This document shows, piece after piece, positions 1 through 14,400 of a stretch of DNA of 64,000 bases. The translations under genes and the position numbers were made by a program. This stretch comes from Octopus bimaculoides (taxonomy: Eukaryota): assembly GCF_001194135.2 (NCBI RefSeq), contig NC_068986.1, forward strand, positions 35,962,202 through 36,026,201, in the 5' to 3' direction. Each line of letters begins with the position of its first letter. The stretch's first letter is position 1. The notes under the pieces were generated by a model that was not told the DNA's origin, searched no databases, and was given only the letters and a program-made list of their open reading frames with translations.

Positions 1-38
<38 letters not shown>
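1..38. repeat. (TA)n microsatellite
   Basis: Direct reading. Confidence 0.95.
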
Positions 39-935
39 GATCACTGTGTAAATACAGTATTCTGGATCTTGTGACATAGCTGTACAGAAACTATGTGAAT
101 AAAATATACAACGTATCCAAATGTTAATCGATTCCTTCAATCTTTTCAGCAGCCAGTCAGATGGTTATTAAACAAGCTATTTGGCAACATATATGAGCGC
201 ATCATTGATAAATATGCCTGGATGTCTGACAAGATGACCAAAACATAAATAGAAATATGGGTGTTAAGTGTGCATATTCCGCTTATCAACTTGCATACCT
301 TGCATAAATACATGCGTGAGGATAGTTATTTAAACACGCACACACTTACACACACAAATGGTCCTGTATATCCGTGGACACATACAATATACACACATCT
401 ATCTATTTTCCCATTAACTAGTTATTCATTCAAGGATGGACACACATGTGTCCATAGCTATATTAAGCATAGACATTTCTTAATCAACCTATTAAGTTTA
501 TTCTGAGGACTGCATGATGTAAAGTGCCTATTCATTTCGCATGTTTCTTTTGTGAAACGACACTTTTATACAATAACCTTCACTAACGTAACGATCTAAA
601 TATACTAGTAATTGTTGATTTTGTTACCAGAGTAATATGGACACCTGACGTCAATCTGTTCCTCACTCTTCTACATTGTCGTTTCTATACACCTACGTAA
701 GCGCGCACCTGTGTAGGCGGTAATGAAAAGTTATTCAGCAGCCATCTTTGCAATGGATTTGCGTGTTTCTTATATTCAATTTCGAAGTCCGGTACTTCAC
801 AATAAATTCAAATCTAAAATGCAACTTTTCCTTTTCTTTGCAGTTATAAACAATACATGTGAATTATCAGATTACATACATACATACACATACATAAATA
901 CACACACACATATATCTATATATATACACATACAA

Positions 936-988
<53 letters not shown>

Positions 989-1016
989 NNNNNNNNNNNN
1001 NTATATATGTACATAT

Positions 1017-1059
<43 letters not shown>

Positions 1060-1949
1060 AGATAAACTAGATATACATATAGATACATACATATATTTTG
1101 ATGTGTGTGTCTGTGTTTGTATGTATATATTCAGATACAATTACTTACGCGAATATATATTAATATACACGTTAACTCACATACACTCACACACACACAC
1201 ACACACACACATACATATATATGTGTGTATGCATGTATGTATGTATGTGTGTGTGTATATATGTTCATACATAAATATATATATTTTGGGACATAAACAT
1301 ATGGCATATGTAATCGAAGTGTGCTTCCCTTTTAAGAATATTCACGGTAGGTGTTTTCATTTCTATATAAAAGAAAGACCCTTTCTTTCGTCTTTACAGG
1401 TAACATTTAGATTTGCATCTTTTTATTCAGTCCATCATTATTATACAGTTCACCTGAACATGAAAAGCCTACTGTTTATTTTCGACATCAATATATTTCG
1501 CCAGAGGGTTTAATGATATGTGTTTCAAGATGTAATCTATGAACATATTGTAAATATATATATTGTAAATATAGATTTCTATGTATGTTAAAAGCAGTGC
1601 TAACTAGGTTCATGTTACAAAGTACAAATCGCAGTTGCTATCAGTTTTCATCAAGTACATTCAATGATTCCAAACAAGGGACCTTCTCTGTGATTGCTCA
1701 TATTGCGAGACATAGCAGTAAAACCCTTGTTCTTAGTTAAAAATCATTGTGAAAGATCTTTATTATATCCGCATCAATACAATTTCAGTAACAGATCACT
1801 CGAAGTGCCTTGTGTTACTTGTGTTGGTTACTTCTCTTACTTTCAAATATATTTATTTATGCCTTCAGGATCTGCCACATTGCGTTAATGTTAGAATTCG
1901 CAAGAAGTGATACCTTGCTAAATAGTTAATACTTAATGTATATTAACCG

Positions 1950-2560
1950 TAGTCGTGGCCGTTAATTCTGTCAAATCCTTGCAGCCAAATATCCTCTATG
2001 TTTCTTAAGTATTCTGGATTATCGGGTGTGTAAAATTGGCATTAATTATCAGGATATATCTTAAAACATTCAGAGGTGCAGGGACTCAGTTATATATCTT
2101 TCCATAAAATGTTTCAAACATTTCTACAAAATATCCACAATGTTAATGGTGCTGCTGTTACTTGTTTATATCCAAATCAAACGTATTAGAGAAATTCTAT
2201 AGGATGTTATACAGTACTTAGATCTTCAGTTATGTATCTTATAATAAACCGTGGTATCCTGCTAACAACCCTTAATGCAAAAGCTCTTTCGCCTGATATT
2301 GATAAAATCCATCGTATTTAATGCCTAATTTCGTATTTGAGTCATCCATTTTATGAATGTTGAATTTTCGGCTTAAATATATGCTTTTGTACGTTATGTA
2401 CTACAATTGCCATACCTTCATGTGACATATATAAGTCTGCCTCTTTTATGTGACAGACAAAGTAATTTCTGGTTTAACTGTGCCACCTAATATCTTAGGT
2501 GAGAGGAGTCTATACCGTTGCAAGCATATGGGCCAGGTCTCTAGTTTGATGATATATTTC
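1950..2560 (-). mobile_element. Highly decayed non-LTR retrotransposon RT (L1/Tx1-like)
   Basis: Frame-shifted remnants RPGP..NGIDSSHLRY (PGPDG motif), ALNTMD..ALRVVSRIPRFII (LNTDYKILAK..RL) and WIFCRNV*NILW (LDF.KAFD.V.W) occur in the correct order, with many stops. Confidence 0.4.
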
Positions 2561-4749
2561 TATTTCGTCTTCCCTTCCATGAGTCTGAAGTTCAGGTAAA
2601 GGGTTATTATCAACCTTATAATATCCTAGAATACATGTAAGATAAGGACGCAAACGTTTAAGAAAGCATTAAGAGGTACATATCTGGCCACTTTCATTGG
2701 AGAGCTAAATTAAACGTTATTGACTCCTGTCAGGATGTAAGCAATATTGTGTATGTGTGCGTGTGTGTGTATGCGCGTGTGTGTGTCTAGTAGTTAGGTA
2801 AATAATCATCTATAACACCCAATGTAATAAACATCACGAGTTGTAGAATCAATACGTAACCTGGTTTTATGCCACCACATGGCCCTTGGGATTCATTAAC
2901 TGGGAGAATCTCGAGGAATTCCATGCGAAGAGAACACAATATATCATGTACAGTTTCAAACTGGTTTATTCATCGCCTTACCCCCACTAGTCTTGGAGGC
3001 ACTACAAGAAGCATTGGGTACGACATTTTCCTTCTGTCTAAGTTATAAAATATGCAGAACGTAACACCTACATGGTGTTTGAGCATTTTATGTATCAGTT
3101 AATATTCTATATACTAGAGTACGTGTACATCTCTCTTCTACAGCATTGTATCAACACATATATTCCACTCATGAAAATGAATTATTAATACAATTGGGTG
3201 AGAAACATTCTTAACAATATCGACCTTAACAGTTCCGGAGAAGGAAGGATATTACAAGTAATTCGTGCTATATGACACTTTCTCTTTTGATAGATCCAAC
3301 GTAAAATTATTACTATTATTAGTTGTTTAAAAAGTGATTTAACAAAATGCACTTTTATATTTTTTCTTTTTTATTCAATTTATTCACCAGGCTGAAATAT
3401 TATCTGGATCAGTGACCAAAAGACAAATCTCATTAAAAATATCTTGTATAGAAATACATAAAAAATAAAAAAATAATAAAACTTAAACTTGCAAATTCAA
3501 AGGGAAATAAACATGAAGCTGTAACATGCAACAATTAGGAAAATAACTTTTAACACTTTTTGTTGAAAATAAATTGAAAATCACGCACATCCGCTTTGGG
3601 AAATGTTATTTCATACAAAGTTATTTATTGCCAACAAAAAACAAATTTACAGCAGTTTTAGACTGTAAATTTCTCACGGATGATATTATGAACTATATAT
3701 GTACTAACGCATGAATATTTAACAAAGTACAGTCGTCTTTTTATATTCACCTCAACACATATATACCGATGACGTGCAGGTACAAACACACGCATACATA
3801 TATACATTCATACATTCATACATATATACATATGCAAGTTGAAATGTAAAGTAAACATGTTTGAAACGTACAATTTTAAAGCTGTTGTTAAAAAACAGAC
3901 ATGTTTACACTGCTGGTTTAATCCTTCTCTAGGCAGAAAATGAGGAATTGATCTAACTATTTTGTACGGTTTCAGACCACTAGAAAACAGATTTTCCATT
4001 TTCTGTAGTCTAACAAAGTAAAAAAAGACCCTCGTAGTAACTACCTGATTTAATTTCCACAGGACTTCCGCAATTGTATGTTTATTGAAATTTATACAGT
4101 AGAACAGCGCTGGCTAGTCCACAATGAATTAATTATTTGATATTTTGAACCTACTAAAATTTATGGAAATTATATTAACTAGTTTAGCTGACTCCTTGTT
4201 TACAGAGATACATATATGTAAGCAACAAATTTTCCTTTGTGGAAAGAATACGAGATTCTTTCTCTGACGAAGATCTAAGAAGAACAAAAACTAGTAAGAT
4301 CATTCTCAAAGTTTTCTCAAAGTTTTCAGACCACAAAGAGATGAAACCTGCGGTGTAACTAGTACCTTACTTTCTCCAAAGCACTAATTTTTAAAACTTT
4401 ATTCTTTAAATTTAAGTTTATTCAAAACTCACATGTTAGTGTGCTGTGAATGCAGTAAACACATAGGCGCGTGCGCACGAATCTTTATTAATGCATTTGA
4501 TGTAAAAGGGCGTGGGGTTATTTATCTGTTATTTAGTACGTGAATATTTTAGTATAGAAGTGAAATCATTTATCTGCTCGGAATTATATTTGTTGAGATT
4601 TTTCTAGGTCATCATTTAATTACACGACGTCTTTCCCTAAGTCCATTATATACGAGCCTATGGTCTATATAAATGATATATATCGTACGCTCATGTTTTA
4701 GTACGCTTATGATCTAGTATCGATTGTGGAATACAGAACATTATGAAGA

Positions 4750-5076
4750 TAAGATGAACCAACGACTAATTACTCAGCTTTTATTACATAATTAATGTTG
4801 TGAACATCAATTGTGTACGCGAATAATATTATAATAATTTGTATTCTGGTCTTTCTATGATTATTTCTTTCTTGCTGTTTTTGAGTCATTAGAAAATGTG
4901 TAAACAGATATTGAGCATCAAAGTTGATGACAGAGCCTTCCACGAAAACCATTAGAATGTCTTGGAAGGATTTCTTGCTGTATCTTTTCAGTTTGTCTTG
5001 TTTGGTAAAGATGTGTATTAATTATGTAATTGTTATGTTTCGGAGGAAGTTGTTCTCTTTCTATAGTTTTACTGTT

Positions 5077-5114
<38 letters not shown>

Positions 5115-6100
5115 TAGAGAGAAGCCTCAATCAGTACGGGGTCCTATTTGTGTTTATACCTATAATTAGTTTATTTCAATTCAACTTTTATTAGTGTAGT
5201 ATTGCCTTTACGAATCCTTATATATTTGTTTTTGCTGTTGAATAAATTCTTAATTTTCACNNNNNNNNNNNNNNNNNNNNNNNNNNNNNNNNNNNNNNNN
5301 NNNNNNNNNNNNNNNNNNNNNNNNNNNNNNNNNNNNNNNNNNNNNNNNNNNNNNNNNNNNNNNNNNNNNNNNNNNNNNNNNNNNNNNNNNNNNNNNNNNN
5401 NNNNNNNNNNNNNNNNNNNNNNNNNNNNNNNNNNNNNNNNNNNNNNNNNNNNNNNNNNNNNNNNNNNNNNNNNNNNNNNNNNNNNNNNNNNNNNNNNNNN
5501 NNNNNNNNNNNNNNNNNNNNNNNNNNNNNNNNNNNNNNNNNNNNNNNNNNNNNNNNNNNNNNNNNNNNNNNNNNNNNNNNNNNNNNNNNNNNNNNNNNNN
5601 NNNNNNNNNNNNNNNNNNNNNNNNNNNNNNNNNNNNNNNNNNNNNNNNNNNNNNNNNNNNNNNNNNNNNNNNNNNNNNNNNNNNNNNNNNNNNNNNNNNN
5701 NNNNNNNNNNNNNNNNNNNNNNNNNNNNNNNNNNNNNNNNNNNNNNNNNNNNNNNNNNNNNNNNNNNNNNNNNNNNNNNNNNNNNNNNNNNNNNNNNNNN
5801 NNNNNNNNNNNNNNCAAAGTTGATGACAGAGCCTTCCACGAAAACCATTAGAATGTCTTGGAAGGATTTCTTGCTGTATCTTTTCAGTTTGTCTTGTTTG
5901 GTAAAGATGTGTATTAATTATGTAATTGTTATGTTTCGGAGGAAGTTGTTCTCTTTCTATAGTTTTACTGTTCTTTATATATATATATATAAATTTTCTA
6001 GAGTTTGATAGAGTGTTTCCAAAATTATTCTTTTGTTTAAGTCATTTTTCAGTTGGGGATGGAAGTTGCTACTGGAAATGATAAAGATAAGTTGGTCTAT
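4750..6100 (-). mobile_element. Possible decayed L1-type APE endonuclease region, interrupted by TA repeat and a gap
   Basis: IISSSN..LKNDLNKRIILETL then THL...HSNGFRG resemble the start of L1 ORF2. It lies upstream of and colinear with the RT remnant at 1950-2560. Weak. Confidence 0.3.
4919..5976. repeat. Exact 162-nt direct duplication (4919-5080 = 5815-5976) flanking an N gap
   Basis: Base-for-base identical, and both copies are followed by (TA)n of different length. Confidence 0.9.
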
Positions 6101-6559
6101 AGTAAATATATTTTGTACAAGTTTGAAGAATTTATCTTCCTGTGTAGAACAATTTTTTTCTTTGTCGAGATTGCTTAGTTTATTTATATTAATGTGCTTA
6201 GTTAATCCTGTGAGTGATGGCTGTATACTATCAAGATTTGAGTACATATTGGGTAATACGTTTTTCTTACTGTTTCACTGATTTATTGACGTTTTTGTAG
6301 AATTTTATCTGGCGCACTTTTCTTTATTCTGAGACGTTTGTCTCTTTGTCGTTTGACGTATTTCTTCAAGCATTTTCTTGCATACATTTGTTGGTTTATC
6401 CTATAGTGCTATTGTATAATATAAATGTATATTTGTGTATATTGAAAAGGCTAGTGTATATATGAAAAACGCTAGTGTATTGTAGACATATTTTTCATAA
6501 TACTTTATTCATATTTTCGTATTAGTTCATTGAAATTTATATACGAGTAAACTTCTTAA

Positions 6560-7000
6560 ATTCATTATTCAAATTTCAAGACAGTCTTAAACTCATCTTC
6601 AAAAGGAAGGAATACTGGCGTTTGTTGCTGACTCATTAATGGTAGGCAGAATCTATATGACTGTTATAGACCTTACCATCGGAATATGGATTTTTGAATT
6701 ACTTGATTTGATCGTCATCGGTCATTTTTGCTTCTGACATGAGCACGCTCGTTGTGCGTTTATTTCAGCCACGTACCGAGTTATTTGTAAACTGCTTCCA
6801 TCCTTTATCCTCCATTTTCCATGGAACTGTTGCCCAGTAATGTATTCCTAGTTTGGTTGGAAAGCTTTTCAATTATCATTAAATGCGAGTGTAAAATCAA
6901 CTGACATGAGATTGTCATAACTATATTGAATATACTAGCCGGAATCCTGAAATTTACACCTTTCAGAAATTCATTTGAGTTTATACATTACACTGTTAGA
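6560..7000 (-). mobile_element. Decayed CR1/L2-type RT fragment
   Basis: VDFTLAF (LDFxKAF) and FLPFEDEFK (FADDTK) are ~280 nt apart as expected, with LGTWLK in between. Confidence 0.4.
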
Positions 7001-7683
7001 AGCTTGTGCTCATGGATTCATATGCTTGCAACTTGCTGCTAGTATGAAAATTTCATTAAATAGCATCGATGTAGTATGTATTCAAAATCAATTTACAAGT
7101 TTGCTGCTTAGCGTAATTGATATTTTGCTTTCCTTTATCATATTATGATTTATTCAGCTGTTTAGTTGTTAGTATGTAGTTATAATAAAAGAAATACATC
7201 AGCAGTCATATTTGTGTGTAAACAAACCAATGGGAGAGTACAATAGTTTACGCTGAACGCAGTCTTCCCCTGTTAGTTTATGTTAGATATTTTGCAACTG
7301 TAGTTTTTGCAAAAAACTTGTAAGTATCACGCGATTAACAGAGAAAACATGAAGGTGAATTGATAGTTGTTAGTCGAATTCATGCTACACATGTTTCAAT
7401 ATTATATTTTATTTGGACATGATTTATTACATAATGTTCATTACTTACTACGCATTATAATCTGCTATCTCATTAGGCGTTGTGAGCCATGGATTGATTG
7501 ATGTGCATTGTGAGGGTAGGTAACCAAGGATAAGGATGTGAATTGTGTCATATCACACGGTATTATGACAAATAAATTACAACGCCATTGAAACATATGT
7601 AGTATGAATTGAAGAAGCAACTATCTATTCATCTTATACATACATATTACTGTGGTTTGAATACATTTATGTGCACACACACA

Positions 7684-7735
<52 letters not shown>

Positions 7736-7745
7736 AATATATACA

Positions 7746-7777
<32 letters not shown>

Positions 7778-10700
7778 AATGACTGAAAGTTATCAAGCTC
7801 GGACTGCATGAAAAAAATTATACACGATGTGTATATATGATCTTTTAATAACAATCCAAACTCAATAACCTTCAATCCTTCACAAAAACAAACAGTTTTA
7901 CTTTAGTTTTCTCCTAAACCTAATTTGATTTTCTTGATTTATCTAGGATAATAGTCTAGTAAAATAAATGAGACAGGACAGTGACGATGGGCAGATGCAT
8001 TAATGGAGAAGCAAAGTACGTATTTGACGTAAATGGGGATACTTAGTCGTTAGCCCTCAAATGGATATCATCGCCATTTCGACACTTTAAACAAATGGTG
8101 AAAAGGCAACCCGAAAATACTGTGTAACAATATTTGAGAATGTAGTAGCATCAACATTTGTGACGGAATACAAATTTCAAGCCTATAAATATTGCACACT
8201 ATATAAGACGCAAAATATAATATAGCTATAAATATATAATGAAATACTTAGAGTTGAATATTAAAAGAGAAACATAAAACACTTTGATTACAAAAAGAGA
8301 GACAGTAATGTAATAAAATGATAAAAAGGCTAAAGGCAAATATTTAGTCGTCGACCACATAATGAGAATCAAATTTCGTTCCGTGAAAACCTATTGAATT
8401 TTGGCCGAGCCAGGACTATGTGTAAAATAAAAGATTCCAAAGCGGAATTTGTCATCATCAGACTATGAAAAGGAAAGTAAAAGGCAAAAAGATAGAAAAA
8501 ATAAAGCACAGAATAATCTATAAAACACACCCCTAACCTTTTGCCAATCTCCGTTAACCAAAGGTGCTTGTAATACTCGCAATATTTGGTATTCATGTCA
8601 AACGTTTAATTTGCAAATTTATTGCAAGCTTGAAATAACACCAAACTTAATATAATATATGAATCTAAACTACAATTGAATTGTTTAATTAAATATTTCA
8701 CCTTATAACCTTACATAATCATTCCTTTTATAAGATTATTAGTAACATCTACCAATAATTCTCATCTGTCGATCTTTAAATTTCTTATTACATATCCGGT
8801 AAATATATTATACTCATAACAACGCTTAATATATGTGGTTTGGTTAGATGGACATACATATATATATAATCTTCTTTGGTTAATGTATTTTGGAAATATT
8901 TGTTCTACCCCTTTTTTTAATTAGGGGCCACTTGTGCTGTTCTGATAATACCTATTAAGGCAGAAAACTCTGTCCACAAATGCCCTTTTGTTTTCAGAGA
9001 ACAAGATTCCTTTCTTTTCATGACAAGTCAGTTTTAGGGAATACTTTACTCTTGAGAGTGTCTACTATTGTAGTTGATACGATTTGCATTAAGTTATTAG
9101 TTGATACCAATTGCATTAAGTTATTAGCTACCTACTACGGAAGCGCAAATAGTTTAAATAGAGCAAGAAATTATTTTTTATTTCTATGTAATATAACCTC
9201 ATTTGTCTTTGGTGTTCACATCTATGGCACTGGCCACCACGAATTATTTCTCTTACCTCATTTTCGTTTCACTTACGTACACGTGTATGTGTGTTTAATG
9301 TGTGATGCGTGTGTGCGTGTGCTCGAACAACTTATAATATCTGGCACACTTCTACAAATTTGTGTATGCATCATTTGGGTAGTCTTTAAAGATATAACAT
9401 AAAGACATAACAAAGATATGACATAAAAGAAATCAAATGAATTTTTGTTTTTATAATTTTCTTCTGATTACATGAAGACATTTATCAGATATTTTTATTT
9501 GCGAAATTAATTTTTATCTCACCTGTTCTCGCTCTATGATTTTCCTTAATCCAACGAAACATTGCTAAACATTTGATTAGATCAGACAATTTTCTATTTT
9601 TTCCTGCTACTCAATTCTGTGTGTTTTCCAAGTAGCAGTAAAATTAATTGAAATAACCGAAGTTTCCTGATAGTAGAAGAATATCTAATTAAATTCGAAA
9701 ACCTGTCAAGGTTTTTCAATGTCATCATGGTTTGTTTCAATTTTTGGAATATGCAACTACGGGAATTCCATGTCAATTTTCATAGGAATGATGTACCCTC
9801 TTATAGTTATTTTACACGGTGAGAAAGGTTTCTTAAGAAAATAAATTAAAAAGTGAAAATAAAAGAAGCGATTTAGAAATATTACCTCTTAGGCTTCACA
9901 CTACATCGATTTAATAATAGGATTATTTTTTAGTGATGGATATAAAAGCATTTACAATTAAAATGAATATTTTCGACGCTGAGTAACATATTTGCACTTA
10001 GTCTGTCATAAAGTTGCAACAACAGTGTTATAAACACAGCCAAGTTTAATTTGGTGGCTATTTTACTTGTTGAGAAAAAATATAAAGACCGTAGGCTTTG
10101 CGCTGGAAGAATTTAACATAAAAACAGTCAGTTACATGCTAGACACTGAGTGTTGGCTCAGGAGTGAGAAATTTTTCTTCATATATTTTTTATCACTTCG
10201 GTGAATAATAAACGTGATGCACACGAAAGAAGGAGCATCTACATAGTTACTTGCCCTATTAGGAACAGTAGCCTAATCTCACACCATACGTGGTCTCTTT
10301 TACAAAGCCAGGTAATGTAATAAAAAAACGGGGAGGTCACGGTTGGAATGCCATTTCAAATAAGTCACATGGCAATGTAATCAGAGGTACTCCGAATACA
10401 GGAGCATTATGTTAAATAAGTCTGCTTGATCAGGGTTAGCATTGGACAAAAAAAATTGGAAATGCCTGAACCAACAAGGGAGCCATTTTATAGCGGATTG
10501 ACATGCAATAAATACCAGCTAAAACTACAATCGAAGCATATTACACCGTCCTTAACAATAAAAACAGTACTACATATCGTAGTCTTAGATACAGTGATAT
10601 TTTAAGCTTGAAGAAATAACGAACGATGGAGGTTAGAACGACTTTGACCATGGATTTACATATTTATGGCCATTAACAAAACTATCCAAAGAAAGAATTA

Positions 10701-12344
10701 AAGATTAGTTGTGAGCTGTACGTATATAGCAAAATCATGTGTATAATGAGCGTAACGCAAGTATATATTGTGCAATCATAAATTTAAAGGCGTTTGAGTT
10801 AAGCTAAACTGATACAAAAAATATATATTTCTTTCCTGTTTAACCCATATAATACTTGTATGAGCAGTCATCAAACATTACCAACGCAGTAGCCATTTCC
10901 GACCTACTAGTCTTTTAAGAGTTAAGCCCCACATCATCCACTGCGTCCTTAGGGTTCTCTACTTCGTTCGAATAAAAATATGCAACATATAGAGTATCAT
11001 CATCACCACTGTAAGTCAAAAATATTTTCTCATTGATATTTTTAAATAGATGCTCCCCTTACTATGCAATAAATAGGATGACTTAGCTTCGCTGATATTT
11101 GTCATGTGCGTGTAGAGGCTTTGTATTGTTTCTTTTCCATATTCCATATACGTTGTAACACCTTCCTGTTGTACATTACTATGCAGCTATAAAGTGAATA
11201 ATGTATGCAGTAAATACAGAAAAGCTAATGATTCACTGACGAGATTTAATGGGATCCAAAACTACAGATTTAACATTCCCCACTTGCAAGACAATATTAA
11301 ACAACATTAGTCCCTCAAATTCTATTCCATTATTATCCCATACGTACTATTAACTAGTGGACATATGGCATGAAAATGTCAGTACTGTCTTTTATTTCCG
11401 CCAATGTTACCTTTAAGAAAACAAACGTTACTTTCGCTCTTGTATTTCTATTAACACAAACGCATTTAAATCTCACTCTCTCTTTCTCTCTCTCTCTCTC
11501 TCANNNNNNNNNNAAGCTTTCACTTCATACACGCCAGCTCAATTTCATTCGTTCTCAGTCGAAAGACACCTGTTGTTATTTCTTGTAGTTTGTATTCGTA
11601 ATTGTGTGTCATGTTCTCGTTTTTTTTTTGTTTCGTTTGTTCGTTTTTTTTTTGCCTTTGTTGCTGTACACATTCGCTAGCTTTCTTACAAAGGGGTCTA
11701 ATGCTCTTAGCTTATACTTTTTTTCGAGCAACCAGATCGAACTATCTCAAGTGTAACTGCCAGAAATGGTCGTGACTTCTGGAACATGACTGAGGAAAGA
11801 AAGCCACGAATGACCCGTCTGTTTTTGCATGTCATTCTAATTGTTGTTTCCCTAGTCCACCTTTGTGTAGTCTACCTGGCTGATCCAATGTCCTCTATTA
11901 CGTTTTTGTTCCATATATATATATATATATGTGTGGGTGTGTATGTGTGTGTATGTGTTTGTGTGTGTGTATCTTCTTAAGTTCGTTTACGGGTAACGTT
12001 TTTGTGCATATAAAAGCTGCTATTTTGTTCTGTCGACTACAGCCTAATGATACAAACTAACATTAGCAGTTTTACGGGGTTGTACATGGCTGTGCCGATA
12101 TGATGTATGATAAATATATTAATAAAACAAATAACCCATCGATGGAATTTATAAATATTTTAATGGATAGCTACACGCGTTTTCACAAACGCATGTTTCT
12201 TATGATCATAGTCCGTATTCCTGGGGTGATTCTGTGGATTGTACGGACTATACTGTAATCATCCCAGGAAATACCGTAAGAAACATGTTATTTGTGCAAA
12301 CGTTCGTAACGATGTATTCAAATATTTATAAATTCCATCTATGG

Positions 12345-12417
<73 letters not shown>
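12345..12417. repeat. (ATT)n microsatellite
   Basis: Direct reading. Explains the poly-Ile and poly-Tyr ORFs. Confidence 0.95.
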
Positions 12418-12421
<4 letters not shown>

Positions 12422-12979
12422 GTATATGTGTGTGTGTGTGTGTGTATTAATCTGGACTATGTAGATTATTCGCGAGCAGTATTTTTCTCCTACTTGAACG
12501 CATCTCATAAGTTTAACTATAATCAACTCCCATTTCGGTTCTCTAGTTCCTCTAAATACTCTTCTTGCTTGCTATTTCGCTCGAGTGTATAAAATATGGT
12601 ACTTTGTAGTTAATTTTATTTTACTTTTTATGTACTCCCACCTATTCACGTTGTATTTGTCATTTATGAGCGTCCTATTTCCCACTTTCATCCTACCATG
12701 ATAGCGAATGAATATACATTTCTAATTATTACTGTATGTGTGGGTTGAATTCTTGTCTACACTACATTAAATACGATATCGCTTTAATAATTTTCGTATA
12801 TATGCTTTATATGAATTTGCTGAAATGAAGGAGTAAAATTTGTAACGGTACATCATTTCTTAAATAAAACGAAGGTTCATTCAGCAATATCACACAAATA
12901 TCCAGACATCGAATTTCATATGAAGCCGATAGTCATTTAATACGAAGCATTAGTCAAGAAATGTCTCTCAGGTACTTAC

Positions 12980-13046
12980 CATCAGCATCTTTTGCCTCTA
13001 AATCACGGGCTTGAACTACCGTAACATTCAACATCAATATTGGGGG
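12980..13046 (-). CDS. BAIAP3: Coding exon (67 nt, phase 0-1): PPILMLNVTVVQARDLEAKDAD(G), first strands and Ca2+-binding loop 1 of the C2A domain
   Basis: Acceptor aatttatttctttttcag| and donor ATG|gtaagt. VTVVQARDLEAKDADG is a canonical C2 beta-strand/loop-1 motif and continues EEK|PP in frame. I did not find the expected next exon (FSDPYC...) in 1-12979. Confidence 0.92.
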
Positions 13047-13659
13047 CTGAAAAAGAAATAAATTTCAAGTATACAATGATATTTACTCCAAACAATAGTT
13101 TCTGCTATGGGGAAACTATACAAGACGCCGACTCAATGTTAACTGTCTTATATACGTAACAAGCGCACTGATATCCTATATTTTTATCTTACGTCCATTT
13201 TCGATTGTCACATTGATTTACATATATTGGATTTACAATATCACTTTCGTTTAATCAAAATGATCCATAAATATAATTCAGATCCAACAGAATGGGAATA
13301 TGGGTTCTAGCTACTTAGTGACACAAAACTAAATGGATTTTTCTTCATATTTGATTCGATTCACGTTTCAAGAGACCAAAATATCATAAAGAGTTACGCA
13401 CTGAATTATTTAGAATTATACGTGTTAAATTGTAAATACAAGTAAATAAGCGTATCATGTTTCGAATTGAAGAAATCTAGCTACACCTGTGTACTCTTGG
13501 AGACAAGCTAACTGTGTTTCCTGGTTAGACTCTGGAACAAATATGTATTTTGTTATATTGCAGGAAAAGAGGAGTCTGACATATTGAGTAGAATTCTTCG
13601 TCAGTGAGGTGTGTCAACTGATATTGGTGAAAGACTGATTAACTAAATTGGAGCTCGTG

Positions 13660-13813
13660 TTAGACAAAGAAAGGAGAAGAAATAAGGATAGAAGAGAGAG
13701 AAGAGAAAGAGAGAGAAGAGAAAGAGAGAGAGAGAGAAGAGAAGGAGAGAGAGAGAAGAGAAAGAGAGAGAGAGAGAAGAGAAAGAGAGAGAGAAGAGAA
13801 AGAGAGAGAGAGA
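13660..13813. repeat. Polypurine (GA/GAGAA)n tract
   Basis: About 150 nt of nearly pure A/G on the plus strand. Confidence 0.9.
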
Positions 13814-14126
13814 GTTGACAAGCGTTAAAAGAATGACAACAGTTGAGAAAAGTGAGAATAAAAGGACACCAATTGAACTGAAAAATGTGGAGAGGAAAGG
13901 TTTACACAGGAAGACCGTGTATATGGCGCTTAGAGCATATGCTGTCATCAAGTTATCATATATATATATACGTGTGTGTGTGTGTGTGTGTGTGTGTNNN
14001 NNNNNNNNNNNNNNNNNNNNNNNNNNNNNNNNNNNNNNNNNNNNNNNNNNNNNNNNNNNNNNNNNNNNNNNNNNNNNNNNNNNNNNNNNNNNNNNNNNNN
14101 NNNNNNNNNNNNNNNNNNNNNNNNNN

Positions 14127-14173
<47 letters not shown>

Positions 14174-14356
14174 GTGTGTGTGTATGTATATATATATGTG
14201 TGTGTGTATGTGTGTGTGTACACACACACACATATATATATACTATGTATACATATATATATATTATACATATACATATATTATATATGCATATACGCAT
14301 ATATTGCTAAGTATACGTCTATATATATATGTGTGTGTGTGNNNNNNNNNNATACG

Positions 14357-14400
<44 letters not shown>

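Noticed and set aside
7985-8620. Possible piggyBac transposase remnant (RKWGYL..MDI)
   Set aside because: Too degenerate, with multiple stops and no TTAA or TIR found.
9072-9127. Short tandem duplications (27 bp here; 16 bp x3 at 17685; 24 bp at 25503; 17 bp at 61234)
   Set aside because: Ordinary slippage products with no spacers, so not CRISPR-like or otherwise structured.
9224-9246. tatggcactgg resembling the 5' half of miR-183/miR-263
   Set aside because: The match stops after 11 nt and there is no hairpin partner.
10886-11008. Minus-strand exon-like segment (GDDDTLYVAY...)
   Set aside because: In the phase required after the C2A exon it hits a stop after ~16 codons, and it has no similarity to the expected FSDPYC sequence.
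13564-13605. Plus-strand exon-like piece (ttgttatattgcag|...|gt), and similar micro-exon-like pieces near 4053 and 63078
   Set aside because: Isolated splice-like motifs with no partner exons or recognisable peptide.
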